Assembly: GCA_951406725.2 (NCBI GenBank) | Contig: OX597817.1 | Span: 154,132,001 to 154,196,000, forward strand | Direction: 5' to 3' | Origin: Octopus vulgaris | Taxonomy: Eukaryota | DNA length: 64,000 nucleotides | Part shown: positions 28,353 to 41,304 of the stretch, one piece after another | Layout of the letters: every line of letters begins with the position of its first letter | Position numbering within the stretch: position 1 is the stretch's first letter | Position numbers and translations under genes: made by a program | The notes under the pieces: generated by a model | What the model was told of the DNA's origin: nothing | What the model saw: the letters and a program-made list of their open reading frames with translations, nothing else | Databases searched by the model: none

Positions 28353-28591
28353 GTAAGAGTTGTGCTTTCATTGCGTTTGCTTGTACATGTTTGCTCGCTT
28401 ATAGTTTTTTGTGTTTCTGCATGTGTTCTATGCTATTTAATTTATGCTGTTAATCCGCAAACAATACACTACATCTTGAAGTTAATAGCATGGATCTTAT
28501 TTTTATATATGTCTCTGATTTCTAGAGATCAAGCAACCCAGTCTGTGTATTACACTAGTGCATAGGGTTATTATGGTGTATACATATTTAT

Positions 28592-28930
28592 GCATGGCTC
28601 AGTGGTTAGAGCGTCGAGCTTACGATCGTGAGGTTGTGAGCTCGAATCCCGGACGGGGCTGCGTGTTGTGTTCTTGAGCAAGGCACTTTATTTCACGTTG
28701 CTCCAGTTCACTCAGCTGTAGAAATGAGTTGCGACGTCACAGGTGCCAAGCTGTATCGACCTTTGCCTTTCCCTTGGATAACACTGGTGGCGTGGAGAGG
28801 GGAGGCCGGTATGCATGGGTGACTGCTGGTCTTCCATAAACAACCTTGCCCGGACTTGTGTCTAGGAGGGTAACTTTCTAGGTGCAATCCCATGGTCATT
28901 CATGACCGAAGGGGGTCTTTACCCCCTTTA
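28592..28930 (+). mobile_element. SINE family C (tRNA head, CORE-like segment, distinct tail)
   Basis: gcatggctcagtggttagagcg...cttgagcaaggcactt...ctgtagaaatgag...catgaccgaagggg; partial copies at 7713-7905 (-), 8503-8755, 9466-9606. Confidence 0.88.
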
Positions 28931-29396
28931 CATATTTATTCCAGATGTGTCCATCTGTTTTTGTCCATTAGTAAGAACAACATACATATACTAACTTCAT
29001 ATAGCTTAGTACTAAGATATTTCCATAGTGTGTTATTGACTGGAGATGACACGTTTCAGAATATTCTGACATTAGCGCTTTCCACGTGGCCAGCCCTAAA
29101 GAGTATGATGCGGCATGGAAATGTTCAGGCAATGTGGAACACTTGTTGCGAGTTATTCACGATTACCTGTAATTAACACTAGCAAGTTGTGACGGTACAA
29201 ATAAAATCAAATAAAAGACAAACGTGAAATAATGTGATTTGAAATTGTTTTGTCGCGATTCTCGTTATATCGCAATACTACACAGTGGCTGTGTGAGCTA
29301 CAAAATCCTCGTCGCCACAGTTATGTCGCATGTTCGGATGTCCTCTACTCAAACTCTCGATGTCTAGATTTCTCCCTCTATATGTACGTATTAGGC

Positions 29397-29780
29397 TGGA
29401 GGCGCAATGGCCCAGTGGTTAGGGCAGCGGACTCGCGGTCATAAGATTGCGGTTTCGATTCCCAGACCGGGCGTTGTGAGTGTTTATTGAGCGAAAACAC
29501 CTAAAGCTCCACGAGGCTCCGGCAGGGGATGGTGGTGATCCCTGCTGTACTCTTTCACCACAACTTTCTCTCACTCTTACTTCCTGTTTCTGTTGTACCT
29601 GTATTTCAAAGGGCCGGCCTTGTCACTCTCTGTGTCACGCTGAATATCCCCGAGAACTACGTTAAGGGTACACGTGTCTGTGGAGTGCTCAGCCACTTAC
29701 ACGTTAATTTCACGAGCAGGCTGTTCCGTTGATTCGGATCAACCGGAACCCTCGTCGTCGTAACCGACGGAGTGCTTCCA
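29397..29780 (+). mobile_element. SINE family B
   Basis: Near-identical to the other family B copies. Confidence 0.92.
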
Positions 29781-29887
29781 TCCACTTCATCGTCTGGGGG
29801 CGTCGACACAACAGAAATCCATTGTAGTCTTGATAACCTATTGACCTTCTAATGATTCCAGTTGACATCTATTCTCTGTCGTTTAAG

Positions 29888-29982
29888 GTTATATCCGAAC
29901 TTTGAGCTCACCTCCATTAATGCCTCCAAAAGCCGTAACAGGTGGAGGAGGAAAAGTAAAAACGCTTGTAATTGAGTGGTCG
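29888..29982 (+). CDS. CNTN: Contactin-like exon, start of FN3-2
   Basis: tttaag|...|gtgagt; phase 1-0; YIRTLSSPPLMPPKAVTGGGGKVKTLVIEWS. Confidence 0.9.
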
Positions 29983-30442
29983 GTGAGTAAAAGCATTTAT
30001 TTATTCTTTTATCTTTACTTCATTTGCACATATAGATGTCAGTGAGGTTGTTTTTTTCTATAAGTGTGTGCGTAATACAACTCAAACCGTCTTAGACATT
30101 CAACAAACATTCAAATGTTACATTGCAATTGACTTTTAGGATAACTGTTGTGTTGATGATACTTACTAGAGGGACAGAGACACTGTTCTCTTATCATCAA
30201 ACAAAACGTCTGTTTTTTTTTTCCTTATTTGACATGTCAAATTCGGAGAAAAACCTTGATTCTTGTGGTTATCTCCCTTCACATACGGACGTGTTCTCCA
30301 TTACCACTTGGTTATAGCAATACCGTCTCTAGAGGCGGCGATGATTCTCATAACTCAAGAATATATGTTGTATTACATTTGTTTTGCTTGTTCATATACA
30401 TACCATTGGTCACTTTTATTTCTCTTAGCTCATTTTTGTTAC

Positions 30443-30503
<61 letters not shown>

Positions 30504-30559
30504 AGAGAGAGAGAGAAAGAGAGAGTGAGAGCGGGAGAGGAAGAGATGCATACGTACAG

Positions 30560-30591
<32 letters not shown>

Positions 30592-30595
30592 GTGT

Positions 30596-30675
<80 letters not shown>

Positions 30676-30739
30676 TTACGATATTTTTAATGACTTTTGT
30701 CAATGTTATGAATTTTTCTTTTTGACATTTGATAGCCGT

Positions 30740-31108
30740 TACTTTTAGCTTACTTTAGAAGCAAATTGCGCTTAATTTTGTTTACAGCTGTTAGTTCAAT
30801 GTCAATTTTAACATGGATTGAAAAAAACGAACATTTTCACCATATTTTGCTTTTTTATTTCCCTAAAGGCAAAATATAATGTGAAGTTTATGGTGTTTAT
30901 TGCTTAACAGAATGCACATGTCAGAAATGCTTTAAAAATTTCCGTTCTGGAGATTTTTCACTCGAAGATGACCAACGTTCTAGTCGACCTACTGAAGTTG
31001 ATGTTGACTGAATCAAAGCCATAATTGAATCTGTTTGCCATATAATTGCGCGAAAAATTACACAGAAGTTAAATGTATCACACGCAACAATTGAAAATCA
31101 TTTAACGT
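30740..31108 (+). mobile_element. Mariner transposase 5' fragment
   Basis: EHFHHILLFYF.KGK...CQK.FK.FRSGDFSLEDDQRS.RP. Confidence 0.85.
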
Positions 31109-31829
31109 TCTACCTCACTTCTACTGTTTACAGCACTAGTTGGAAGGAAGGTGACCATGACAGAGACGTTTGTCATGGCCATACCTGCTCAGAGGCCTAT
31201 GCAAAGTTGCAGAAAGTGTGTGGAGAAGAGAGTATGAGCCACACACAAGTATACGAGTGGTTCTGAGGTTTCTAAGATGGCCGAAAAAATGTCGATATTG
31301 ACGAACGTTCTGAGAGACCCGCAACTAGCAGAATTGAGAAAAACATAGCAAATGTACGTGCAGTTGTGAGGGGAAATCCGTGAGTTACCAGAGGATGTGC
31401 AAAAATAGTTACGGTTCAGTTCATTTCATTATCACTGAAGATTTGGGTATGAGACGCGTGTCTTTCAAGTTTGTGCTAAAACTGCTTTCAGCTGACCAAA
31501 AAGAATCTCGAGTTTCTGTTGCACAAAATCTTGATTGTATCGAGAACGATGAAAACGTTTCGAAAACTTTGCGTAGGTCTCTGAGCAAGTATCTCCAAGC
31601 TTTTGGCAAAATTTGATGCAGATACGCTGCTTAACTTTCTCTGTCGTAGGCAATGCTATGATAACACGTTTCACACCTTCCTTCTAAGCACTGCTGTAAA
31701 CAGCGGAAGTGAGCTAGAATAGTAAAACTCATGCACAACAGGGTCAATCTATGCCAAGCGGTCTTATTCTGCATGCTTTAGCTTCGTTACTATGGCAACA
31801 GTCCAGATACTTATTTATCAGACCACGTA
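31108..31829. mobile_element. Second mariner element, rearranged with two inverted 5' portions
   Basis: + strand MSHTQVYEWF...DLGMRRVS.KFV.KLL; - strand 5' end with TIR ending in TA and QRICIKFCQKLG. Confidence 0.8.
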
Positions 31830-32081
31830 TATTCGACGGGATTCTTTCAGTTTTCGATAACCAAATCAACTCACAAGGCTTTGATTGGCCTGAGACTATA
31901 GTAGAAGACATTAGCCTAAGATACTGCAGAGTGAGAATGAGCCTGGAAACATGTGATTGGAGAGCATACATTTTCATTCTTTTAATGTTCTGTTTAGTGA
32001 GTCTGTTCTTACTTTTGATGGAGTTTTGTTTTGATTTGTGTTATTTTGGTGGTGACTTACCAATAATTGTTTCTTTTTCAG

Positions 32082-32171
32082 CCTCTTGAAATCTGGGAAC
32101 AAGGTGGTCCAGGGATCGGATATAGTGTCTACTGGAGACTCAAAACAAATATAGGCGAAAATTGGTCAAAC
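32082..32171 (+). CDS. CNTN: Contactin-like exon, middle of FN3-2
   Basis: tttcag|...|gtaagg; 90 nt, phase 0-0; PLEIWEQGGPGIGYSVYWRLK. Confidence 0.9.
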
Positions 32172-32368
32172 GTAAGGAGCTATTCTAGCGGTTATATTTT
32201 TGTTAGCCTTATTGAATAAATATTTGTGCAAAAGTATGCCCGAATATATACTTTTCTGTAAGCCATTGCTTAAATGTGTGTATGTGTGTGTTCGTATCCA
32301 TGCGTGTTTGCATACCCCCACACACACATGCACACATTTTTTTTCTCTCTATTTATTTCCGCGTGTAC

Positions 32369-32404
32369 CTTTCTGCTGAAGAGCGTAGGGTCGAAACGTA
32401 AAAG
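32369..32404 (+). ncRNA. Minimal hammerhead-like motif in a Penelope-like terminal repeat
   Basis: CTTT-CTGCTGA-A-GAGC-gtag-GgTC-GAAAC-GTA-AAAG; related copy at 33461-33495. Confidence 0.45.
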
Positions 32405-32500
32405 GCTTCTTCACATTCCAGAGCGTCAAATATTACACCTGCTTGCTGTTTATACACCTGTCTTCGTCTTTTGTTTCTCTGTAAATTTCAACTATATATA

Positions 32501-32556
<56 letters not shown>

Positions 32557-32758
32557 CATATATATAGTTGAAACTATGGCATCATAACCAGCCAGGCAAA
32601 GTCTTCGCTACATTTGCGGCACCTGTCAGAGGGATTTTTGTCCAGGATAGGACTACACAGTCACAGCAGGAGATGTATTAGGACGTGAAATGTAAAACCT
32701 GGACTAGATTATTTTATCCGCAGCTCCATTGTCTCCCGAGAAAAAAGGATGCCAACAG

Positions 32759-32791
<33 letters not shown>

Positions 32792-33029
32792 CAATGTAGG
32801 TGTTTACTAACACCCTAGTCACATTAGTGATCATTATAATTGTCCTTTTTGATAAAACATTGCAGAATGCTGTTTATATTAATTTTATATATTCACATTA
32901 GCAAATTGCTAAATCATCTAATAATTTGGATGACGAAAACGTAAATACTAATAGCGAAATGAGTCCGGAAAAGGCTGAAAAATCGAGTCGGCTTCACTGG
33001 TGAGGCAACGGAAATTTCCAAAACTGATA

Positions 33030-33590
33030 TCCGTATTAAGAATTCTCGATCGGCATTTTTCGGACATGTGGGGTATGTGCCTGCCCACATACCCCACCCT
33101 CAGCCTAAACCACACCCTACCCTTGCTTTTGTCCACACCCCACCCACTCTCGTCTCCCCCACTTCCCAACACCACTTCACAATACATTGCATCACATCAC
33201 ACCACCACGCAAACACTAGCACTGATCACTTCCCAGCCCCACATCTTCACACCTACACACACGCACACGTCAAGGTCACCAGCCCTCTTCCACACGCACA
33301 TACATGCTTTCTTACACACCTTCGCTTTGGGATCACCACTACTTTATTATCTCCCCTTCTTCCTAGCTCTCCTGTGTCACCCTTCTGTCCGGCATTCGCC
33401 ATGATAGATCGCTAGCGACTACACATTCTTTAGTTTCTCTCATTGTTTCTTTCTGTGTTCCTTTTGTGGAAGAGCGTGGGCTCGAAACGTCAAAGACTTT
33501 TTCCCTTCCCGAACGTTAAACTAATACATCTGTTTGTTGTCTACACCACTTGTCTTCGTCTTCTGTTTTTTGTGAATTCTCTCCCCATAT
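33030..33590 (+). mobile_element. Penelope-like 3' end / terminal repeat remnant
   Basis: C/A-rich tract homologous to 16246-16495 (-); ends with a hammerhead-like motif then (TA)n; its 3' part is homologous to 32300-32495. Confidence 0.5.
33461..33495 (+). ncRNA. Minimal hammerhead-like motif with degenerate core
   Basis: CTTT-tgtgga-A-GAGC-gtgg-GCTC-GAAAC-GTC-AAAG. Confidence 0.4.
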
Positions 33591-33597
33591 ATATATG

Positions 33598-33645
<48 letters not shown>

Positions 33646-34377
33646 TCTTTATTACCCACAAGGGGCTAAACACAGAGGGGACAAACAAGGACAGACAGAT
33701 TAAGTCGATTACATCGACCCCAGTACGTAACTGGTACTTAATTTATCGACCCCGAAAAGATAAAAGGCAAAGTCGATCTTGGCGGAATTTGAACGGCAGA
33801 CGAAATACGGCTACGCATTACGCCCGGCGTGCTAACGTATATATGCGTGTAGGTGTATAAGAGAAATTTGTGCAGCAAATAAAACAAATGTATAAGTAAG
33901 ATAAGTAAATCTATAAATCAGTAGGTATGTATAAGAAACTATCTATTCTGTTTTGCTATTCCAGGTTTTGAAGCGAGTATATCTATCTTTGGAAAGTTTA
34001 TTGGATCTTCTAAGTCTTAGTTAATCACTGCATCTTTTGTGTTCCATATTTGTTGTTGGAACACAATCAATATTCTGTTGTAGAATTAGTTAGGTAAAGA
34101 TTTCGAATATACATTTGTATTAAACAAATATACATTAAATGAAATCATAGAAATAAGATAATGTAGAAAGAAGAAAATAAGCTGAAGACATATTGCATAC
34201 TTATCTTGATATATTTCTGTGATTTCTCTGCTAATGTAAAATGTTCTTTGTTGTCTAATTGTAATCAGTATGGCTCAGCACTGACAACACAGACTACAGT
34301 ATGAATTGTATTCCTGTAAGCTATGTTTCCAACGGTGTTTAAGTCTTAGAGAATGAGTGTTACGTTGGCATTATATA

Positions 34378-34988
34378 GGCAGAATCGTTAGCACCTTGGA
34401 TGAAATGCGTAGCGGTATTTCGTCTGCCGCTACATTCTGAGTTCAAATTCCGCCGAGGTCGACTTTGCCTTTCATCCTTCCAGGGTCGATAAATTAAGTA
34501 CCAGTTACGCACTGGGATCGATGTAATCGACTTAATACCTTTGTCTGTCCTTGTTTCTCCCCCTCTGTGCTTAGTTTCTTGTGGGTAGTAAAGAAATAGG
34601 TATTTCGTCTGCCGTTACGTTGTGAGTTCAAATTCCGCCGAGGTCGACTTTGCCTTTCATCCCTTCGGGGTCGATCAAATAAGTACCAATTACGCACTGG
34701 GGTCGATATAATCGACTTAATCCGTTTGTCTGTCCTTGTTTGTCTCCTCTGTGTTTAGCTCCTTGTGGGTAGTAAAGAAATAGGTATTTCGTCAGCTGCT
34801 ACGCTCTGAGTTCAAATTCCGCCGAGGTCGACTTTGCCTTTCATCCTTTCGAGGTCGATCAAATAAGTACCAGTTACGCACTGGGGTCGATATAATCGAC
34901 TTAATCCGTTTGTCTGTTGCGCACTGGGGGTCGGCTGTACCCCTCCCCCAAAATTCCAAGCCTTGTGCCTATGACAGAAAGGATATTG
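34378..34988 (+). mobile_element. SINE family G head-to-tail trimer
   Basis: ~185-bp units start GGTATTTCGTC at 34414, 34599 and 34783; ends in an alternative tail. Confidence 0.88.
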
Positions 34989-36157
34989 ACATTCTGTCGC
35001 AATGATTCCTACTCTATCTTATCCCTAATGATCAAAACCCAATAATGATGACTACGAATGAAGGTCACGTAACATTATGATATGGTAAATTTCAAATTTC
35101 TAAACAATAGATTAATAAGAATAAATTTTAGAAGAGTAATTTCTCTAGTACGATAATGTATAGTCAATCAGTCCAAACTAAATCAGTCCTTTGTGCTATT
35201 TTACCCAACAACTCCTTGGACAATCCAATTAAGTAGAAATGGTGATTCTGCAAATTACTATTTTAGCTAGCGAACAAAGACGCTTTGCAATCGACCCTCT
35301 GGCTAGAAATAGCAGCCGAATATCTCTCAAATTACATCTTACCGTCTTTTTTTTTTAATGGAAGGAAAATTGAACAATATCCTTAATATATTTTTGAAGA
35401 AATTAAAACGGTTGGTCACGACTAGAACGCTTTTAGTCATAGGTTTCCTCTGACTTGAGAGCTATATAGAGCCTTCGTCAGTCAAAGTCTATGTGTCTGC
35501 ACATGTAAGTGCAGGCCTGAGCAATATCTTTTAGTTACTGATGTTTATCAAAGAGAAAGGCTGCCGATTTGAACTGAGGCAGTTTGGTATTAGTCGTTGC
35601 AGGCGTTGATCTGAAAACACAAAGAACCGGAACCGGAACATATACCACAAGACATTTTGCTTAATGTTCTAATAGTTCCGCCAACCAACTCAATGGGTTG
35701 GTGCTTTGTATCGACCCAGAAAAACAGTTATGCAATGTTGACCTCGGTGGGACATGAACTCAGACACTCTGAACAAATACTGCGATGCATAATACCCAAA
35801 AGCCCTTAAAGGCTCTGAAAACTCGTCTCTCGAGAATTAAACAGAAGTTAAGAATGAATCGATTTTCGGCTTTGTAAGGTGCTTGTAAACGAAATTATTC
35901 TACCTTGCTTGTCAACAATAATTATCAGTAAATAGAGTTTCTATTCGTCTTTTTGTCAATAATCCATGAAAGTATTTGAACAGAATGTAAGATAACGAAA
36001 TTGTATACTATATAGTGAATCAATTGCTGTAATATTTTCAAGGTAACTATCACAGTTAAAATCCCATCTCCATAACCGGACGAAACAAGGACGACGGAAT
36101 ATGAACCGTCGACCCCATTCCCACCTACTCAAATGAATGCTAGTTTATTTGATGTAG

Positions 36158-36538
36158 AGAGGCGCAATGGCCCAGTGGTTAGGGCAGCAGACTCGCGGTC
36201 ATAGGATCGCGGTTTCGATTCCCAGACCGGGCGTTGTGAGTGTTTATGGAGCGAAAACACCTAAAGCTCCACGAGGCTCCGGCAGGGGATGGTGGTGATC
36301 CCTGCTGTACTCTTTCACCACAACTTCTCTCACTCTTACTTCCTGTTTCTGTTGTACCTGTATTTCAAAGGGCCGGCCTTGTCACTCTCTGTGTCACGCT
36401 GAATATCCCCGAGAACTACGTTAAGGGTACACGTGTCTGTGGAGTGCTCAGCCACTAACACGTTAATTTCACGAGCAGGCTGTTCCGTTGATCGGATCAA
36501 CCGGAACCCTCGTCGTCGTAACCGACGGAGTGCTTCCA
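36158..36538 (+). mobile_element. SINE family B
   Basis: TSD (A)TTTGATGTAG. Confidence 0.92.
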
Positions 36539-36789
36539 TTTGATGTAGCCAGGACTTTTTAGATTAATGTGAACATTAAAAAAAGACAGAAGGGAGAGCT
36601 TTTAAGGTTTTAATTAATCAAAATGTGTTAAATATGGAATACAGCGAAGAGTGTTTTTCATCTCCACAATATCCACTATGTATCGAAATCATTGTCAAAA
36701 TATTTTTTAACAAATATTTAAATGTCCATTTTGGTTTTCTATTTTTGTTCATCTTTTCTATTGTTTTGGTTATGTCTTGTTTGTTTTAG

Positions 36790-36934
36790 GAAAAGATTAG
36801 AGGGTCCCTATCATCCTTTGTAACTTACGTGGCAGACAAATTTTACACGGAGTATGAAGTAAAAATCCAAGCAATTAACGATTTTGGCTTCGGACCGAAT
36901 TCAACCATCCATACAATCTTTTCTGCTGAAGACA
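36790..36934 (+). CDS. CNTN: Contactin-like exon, end of FN3-2
   Basis: ttttag|...|gtaaga; phase 0-1; FYTEYEVKIQAINDFGFGPNSTIHTIFSAED. Confidence 0.92.
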
Positions 36935-37258
36935 GTAAGATATAAACTTTTTAGTTTTGACTTCTCAAAGAAAAATTTAACCTTCATAGGAAAATTGTGC
37001 AAGTTCTCTCTGATTAGATGAAGTGAATAATGTTTATAGTTTCTTTGTATCCAAGTATGAATTCCAGAAAGATTAAACGTACAAAAGAGAAGCAATACAT
37101 ATGTAATTATTTGGTGCAGGAAAGGAAAATCAGAGATAAGGAAAGTAGAGCACATTACTCAGAAAATGTCTTTAATATAACTACAAATGTGAATATTATC
37201 TAATAAAGATGAGAACGAAGAAGAAACTACATTCTCGATACAGAAGAATACATATATA

Positions 37259-37358
37259 NNNNNNNNNNNNNNNNNNNNNNNNNNNNNNNNNNNNNNNNNN
37301 NNNNNNNNNNNNNNNNNNNNNNNNNNNNNNNNNNNNNNNNNNNNNNNNNNNNNNNNNN
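37259..37358. other. Assembly gap (100 N) within a (TA)n tract
   Basis: Run of 100 N flanked by TA repeats. Confidence 0.99.
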
Positions 37359-37367
37359 TATATATAT

Positions 37368-40300
37368 AACTTAGAATAACTTAGAAAGGTTTGGCCAGTA
37401 TTGGCCCAGGCCATGTCTAACTTAATAGCACCACCTGGCGAAGTCTTTCAGTTCAGGATTTGGGCACCAAGGCCCATTCGAGCAGAGAGTTATTGTTTGC
37501 GGAGACATATCCGGGTGTGGGTTGTTTGTCCGGTACTGTTTGAAGGAATTTGTCCAAAGTCTTCTTGAATTTTGTGTGGTCAGTTTCTTTTTTGACGTGC
37601 CCTGGTGTAATGTTGAAGAGAGCAGGTCCAATTGAGGTGAAATAGTTGTGCCGTATTGTCGTTATGTGATGCGATTTAGATTTTTGTTGTGGACGGATGG
37701 CACGTGGTCCTAGCCTTGGATGCATTTTGAAGGTGATGCCAACATCATTCGGACAGTGCTGGTGGAATATTTTCCACATCATACAGATAATGTAGCGTTC
37801 ACGGCGTCGTTGGAGTGAATACAATTTCAGCTTCTCTAGTCGACCCCAGTAGTCAAGGTCTGACATGCCATCTATCTTTTTTTGTGATTGACCTTTGGGG
37901 AGCTTCAATTCTCATAATATTTTGTTTTGTGTAGGGGAGACCACAGTGGACAGCAGTATTCAAGGTGGGGTCGGGCAAAAGTGGAGAAGAGAAGGATAAT
38001 AGCGTGGGAATCTCTCGACTGGAAGGTTCTGAGAATCCAGGAACACATTCTGCGGGCCATGTCAACTTTGCTGCTTATATGTGTAGCCCAGCTTATGTTG
38101 TTGTCCACTGTTACTCCCAGGTCTCTGATGTTGTTGGATGCCATGAGAATTTCTCCAGAAGGAAGAGAGTATGGGAGTTTCAGAGTGTCCTCTCTTCCAA
38201 AGTGGATCAGTTCAAATTTGTCTTCATTTAGCAACACGTTATTCTTTTCCGCCCATTGGGCAACAACCAGTAGGTCTGACTGAAGGTTTATTCGGTCATC
38301 CACGCCCTTGATGACCTTCTGGAGCTTGGAATCATTAGCGAAGGTTCTGATGTTACTGTGTTTGATGGTGTCAGTAATATCATTTATGTAGATGATGAAG
38401 AGAAGTGGGCCCAACACAGTGCCTTGTGGGACACCACTGCTGACTTTGGCTGGGCTGGATTTGACTCCTTCGACTACAACATGTTGAGTTCTGTTAGACA
38501 GGAAGCACTTGATCCATTGCAGCAGCTTTCCAGTGACACCAATATTGGACAGCTTTCTCAGAAGGATCTTATGATCAACCCTGTCAAAGGCCTTGCTGAA
38601 ATCAAGGTAGATGACATCAGTGTTGGAACCTTCTCTCAAGGCTCTCAAAATGTCATCAAAATGATGCAGTAGCTGCGTCAGGCAATCTCTCCCATTACGG
38701 AATCCATGCTGGTTGGGGTTCAGCATATTATGACTCTCAAGGAAGTGAGTCATACGCGATCTCAGCACCCTCTCAAATACCTTGATGATATGAGAGGTGA
38801 GTGAGATTGGACGGTAATTCACAGCAAGCGATTTGTTTCCTTTTTTGAAAACTGGGACAACAGACTGGGATAGAAGGTCTTCTGGTATATATCCAGCATC
38901 CAGGAGTTCCGCCACAGATTGGCTAGAGGGGGTGCAAGTTGGTTTTGACACATCTTCAAGACACAAGCAGGGAACCTATCGGGACCTACTGCTGAATTAT
39001 GCTTCATTTCCTTTATTGCTGCTAAGACATCAGGAGCGCCAAATGTTATGTCCGATAAAGTGTATTGGGGAGCAACATCACTGATACAGCCCAGATCAGT
39101 CATATCAGGATTGCTGAAAACAGAGCAATATTGTTTCTGCAATATATCTCCCATGGTTTTGGCATTGTCTTGAAGAGTACCATTTTCATCAATCAGAGGG
39201 CCAACAATAGAACCAGTGACTCTGTGTTTTTTTGCAAATGAAAAGAACACTTTGGGATTGAGTTTGATCTTCTCAATGGCCCAGGCCTCTTCAGCTCTTC
39301 GCTGACTATTGATGATAGACATCATGTTGTTTTGGAGTTTATGTTTTTTAATCTCTAGCGACGAGATGGCAGTCAGGTTGGTGTGTTGCTGTTGACAGTA
39401 TTTCAGCATGTTGATCTTTTTGTTGATTCTTTTAATTTTCCTTATGAGAGATTTTCTATTTCTAGGGATTCGACACTTAGATTTGTTTGCAGATCTTAAT
39501 GGGGTGTGTCTTGCACATATGTTCGTGATGGTGTCTACAAGTGACTGCCAGGACTTTTTGATGTTAGTGGGTGTGTATGTGTGCGTGAAGGACCAATCGA
39601 CTTGTGCAAGATCATTATTGATCGCTTCCCAGTTTGCATTGTGGAAATCCATAGTGTCAAATGGATGAACAGGAGGGATGACATTTGTTTTGCATTTTGG
39701 CCAGTGAAATCTCAGATCACAGAGAACCATGTCATGGTCGGAGAGTAGGGTTTTCTCCACTGCAATATTGTGGATAGTATCAGTGTGATTGCTGAAAATT
39801 AAGTCTAAGACGTTTTTGTGACATCTCGTTGGTTCGAGTACCAGTTGGGACAAGAAGAAGTCATCCATGAAGTCAAGAAGCGATTCCACTGCCTCCCTGT
39901 CAGGGGTTGAGAGAGAAGAACCTGGCGGCAGACTGTTTGTAGACCAGTCAACCCCGGGAAGGTTGAAGTCTCCCATCATTAAAATGTTGTCAGGTTGACA
40001 CTGCTGAATGAAACACTTTATACTGTTGAGGCATTCCTTGAAGCATGGTAGGGGCGTTTGGGGTGGTCTGTAGAGCCCAACTACTGTCAAGTTGTTGGTT
40101 TGACTGAATACAGCGACTGCTTCGCAGTATCCATTGGAAAATATGTTCATGGCTTCTGTTGAGAATGGATCATGGACATAAATGGCAGTCCCACCCTTTC
40201 TTCTGCCAGCACGATCAGCACGAATGGTTTTGAAATTTTTAACTTTCACCTCGGCTTCGAAGTGGAGGTCACTAAGATGGGTTTCAGTGAGGACGAAGAA

Positions 40301-40554
40301 AGGGATGTGGTTTGGATGGGCCTCGACCCAGTCCTCCAGGAATCTTATCTTCCATTTTTGTGTATTGGTGGAAGGGCTGATGCCTTGGGCATTAAGCAGA
40401 AATGTTGAGGCGAGAGTGGATGGTTTTAATTGTTTTGGTGATTTGTTTATTTGATTGCTTTTTAATGGCATGTGCAGTGGGGTAATAGTGGCGGATGGTG
40501 GTGGGTGATAGCTCGGATGTTTTTTTCCAGTTCTTTTGCTAGATTTATTATAGA

Positions 40555-40558
<4 letters not shown>
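37368..40558 (-). mobile_element. CR1/L2-group non-LTR retrotransposon (AP endonuclease + RT), 5'-truncated, frameshifted
   Basis: APE motifs LTETH, GDFN, LDLIF, SDHD; RT motifs NYRPISLTS, QHGFR, YLDFSKAFD, GVPQGTVLGPLLF, FANDSK; split over three ORFs; (TA)n on both sides. Confidence 0.93.
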
Positions 40559-40606
<48 letters not shown>

Positions 40607-40672
40607 AGTAAACAGGCAGGCTTACAAACACAAAGACAGATACACAGATAAACAGACAGAGAAGCGGATAGG

Positions 40673-40728
<56 letters not shown>

Positions 40729-41304
40729 CGAGCAGAAGTACTGGTTCGTTTCCGTGATAACTAAAGTAAAGACAATCATATATATTTTGGATAAATTGTT
40801 TAAACAAACGCTTGCAGTATTCACTCAACCTATGCATGTTGGCTCACTCAAAATTTTCCTGCCCTATCTATTCTTCAAGTGATTCAAGTTGAGTGTCATG
40901 GAAAAGGCTATAAAAAACAGTATATTAACAAATAAAATAAAAGCAGAAGAAAATTAAATTTTGTCTTTAGTTTAATTTTCTCGGGCAATATATTTTTTCA
41001 AATTATTATACTAATTGACATAACTTAAAATGAGTTATTTTTCTAATCAGTAATATTGTCTTCCGTATAGTGAAGTGTGTGTGACAATACTATCTTTTGG
41101 GGTTTCTTTTTTCTTAATAGCTAAAACAAACAAATTTCAGAAAAATGTCATATAATCTACATTCGTGTTGACATTTGCGTTGCTACTATACAAAATTTCA
41201 GTTTCTTAAGTGCAAAATGTGGCCTAGAATTGAAAGATATACATGAACATAGTGTGTATGTGTATGTGTGTGTGTGCATGTGTGTGTGTCTATGTGTGTG
41301 CATA

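Noticed and set aside
29397-29470. tRNA gene
   Set aside because: A and B boxes are present but there is no closed acceptor stem and it continues into a SINE body; the same holds for the other heads.
30235-30290. Hammerhead-like stem (tgtgaag-GGAGA...TCTCC-gaat), and a similar one at 55286-55326
   Set aside because: Both core halves are too degenerate to support a call.
32571-32760. Small MITE with ~12-bp imperfect TIRs inside (TA)n
   Set aside because: Single copy and a short imperfect match.
34414-34916. CRISPR-like or satellite array
   Set aside because: Units are SINE G segments without unique spacers, in a eukaryotic context.
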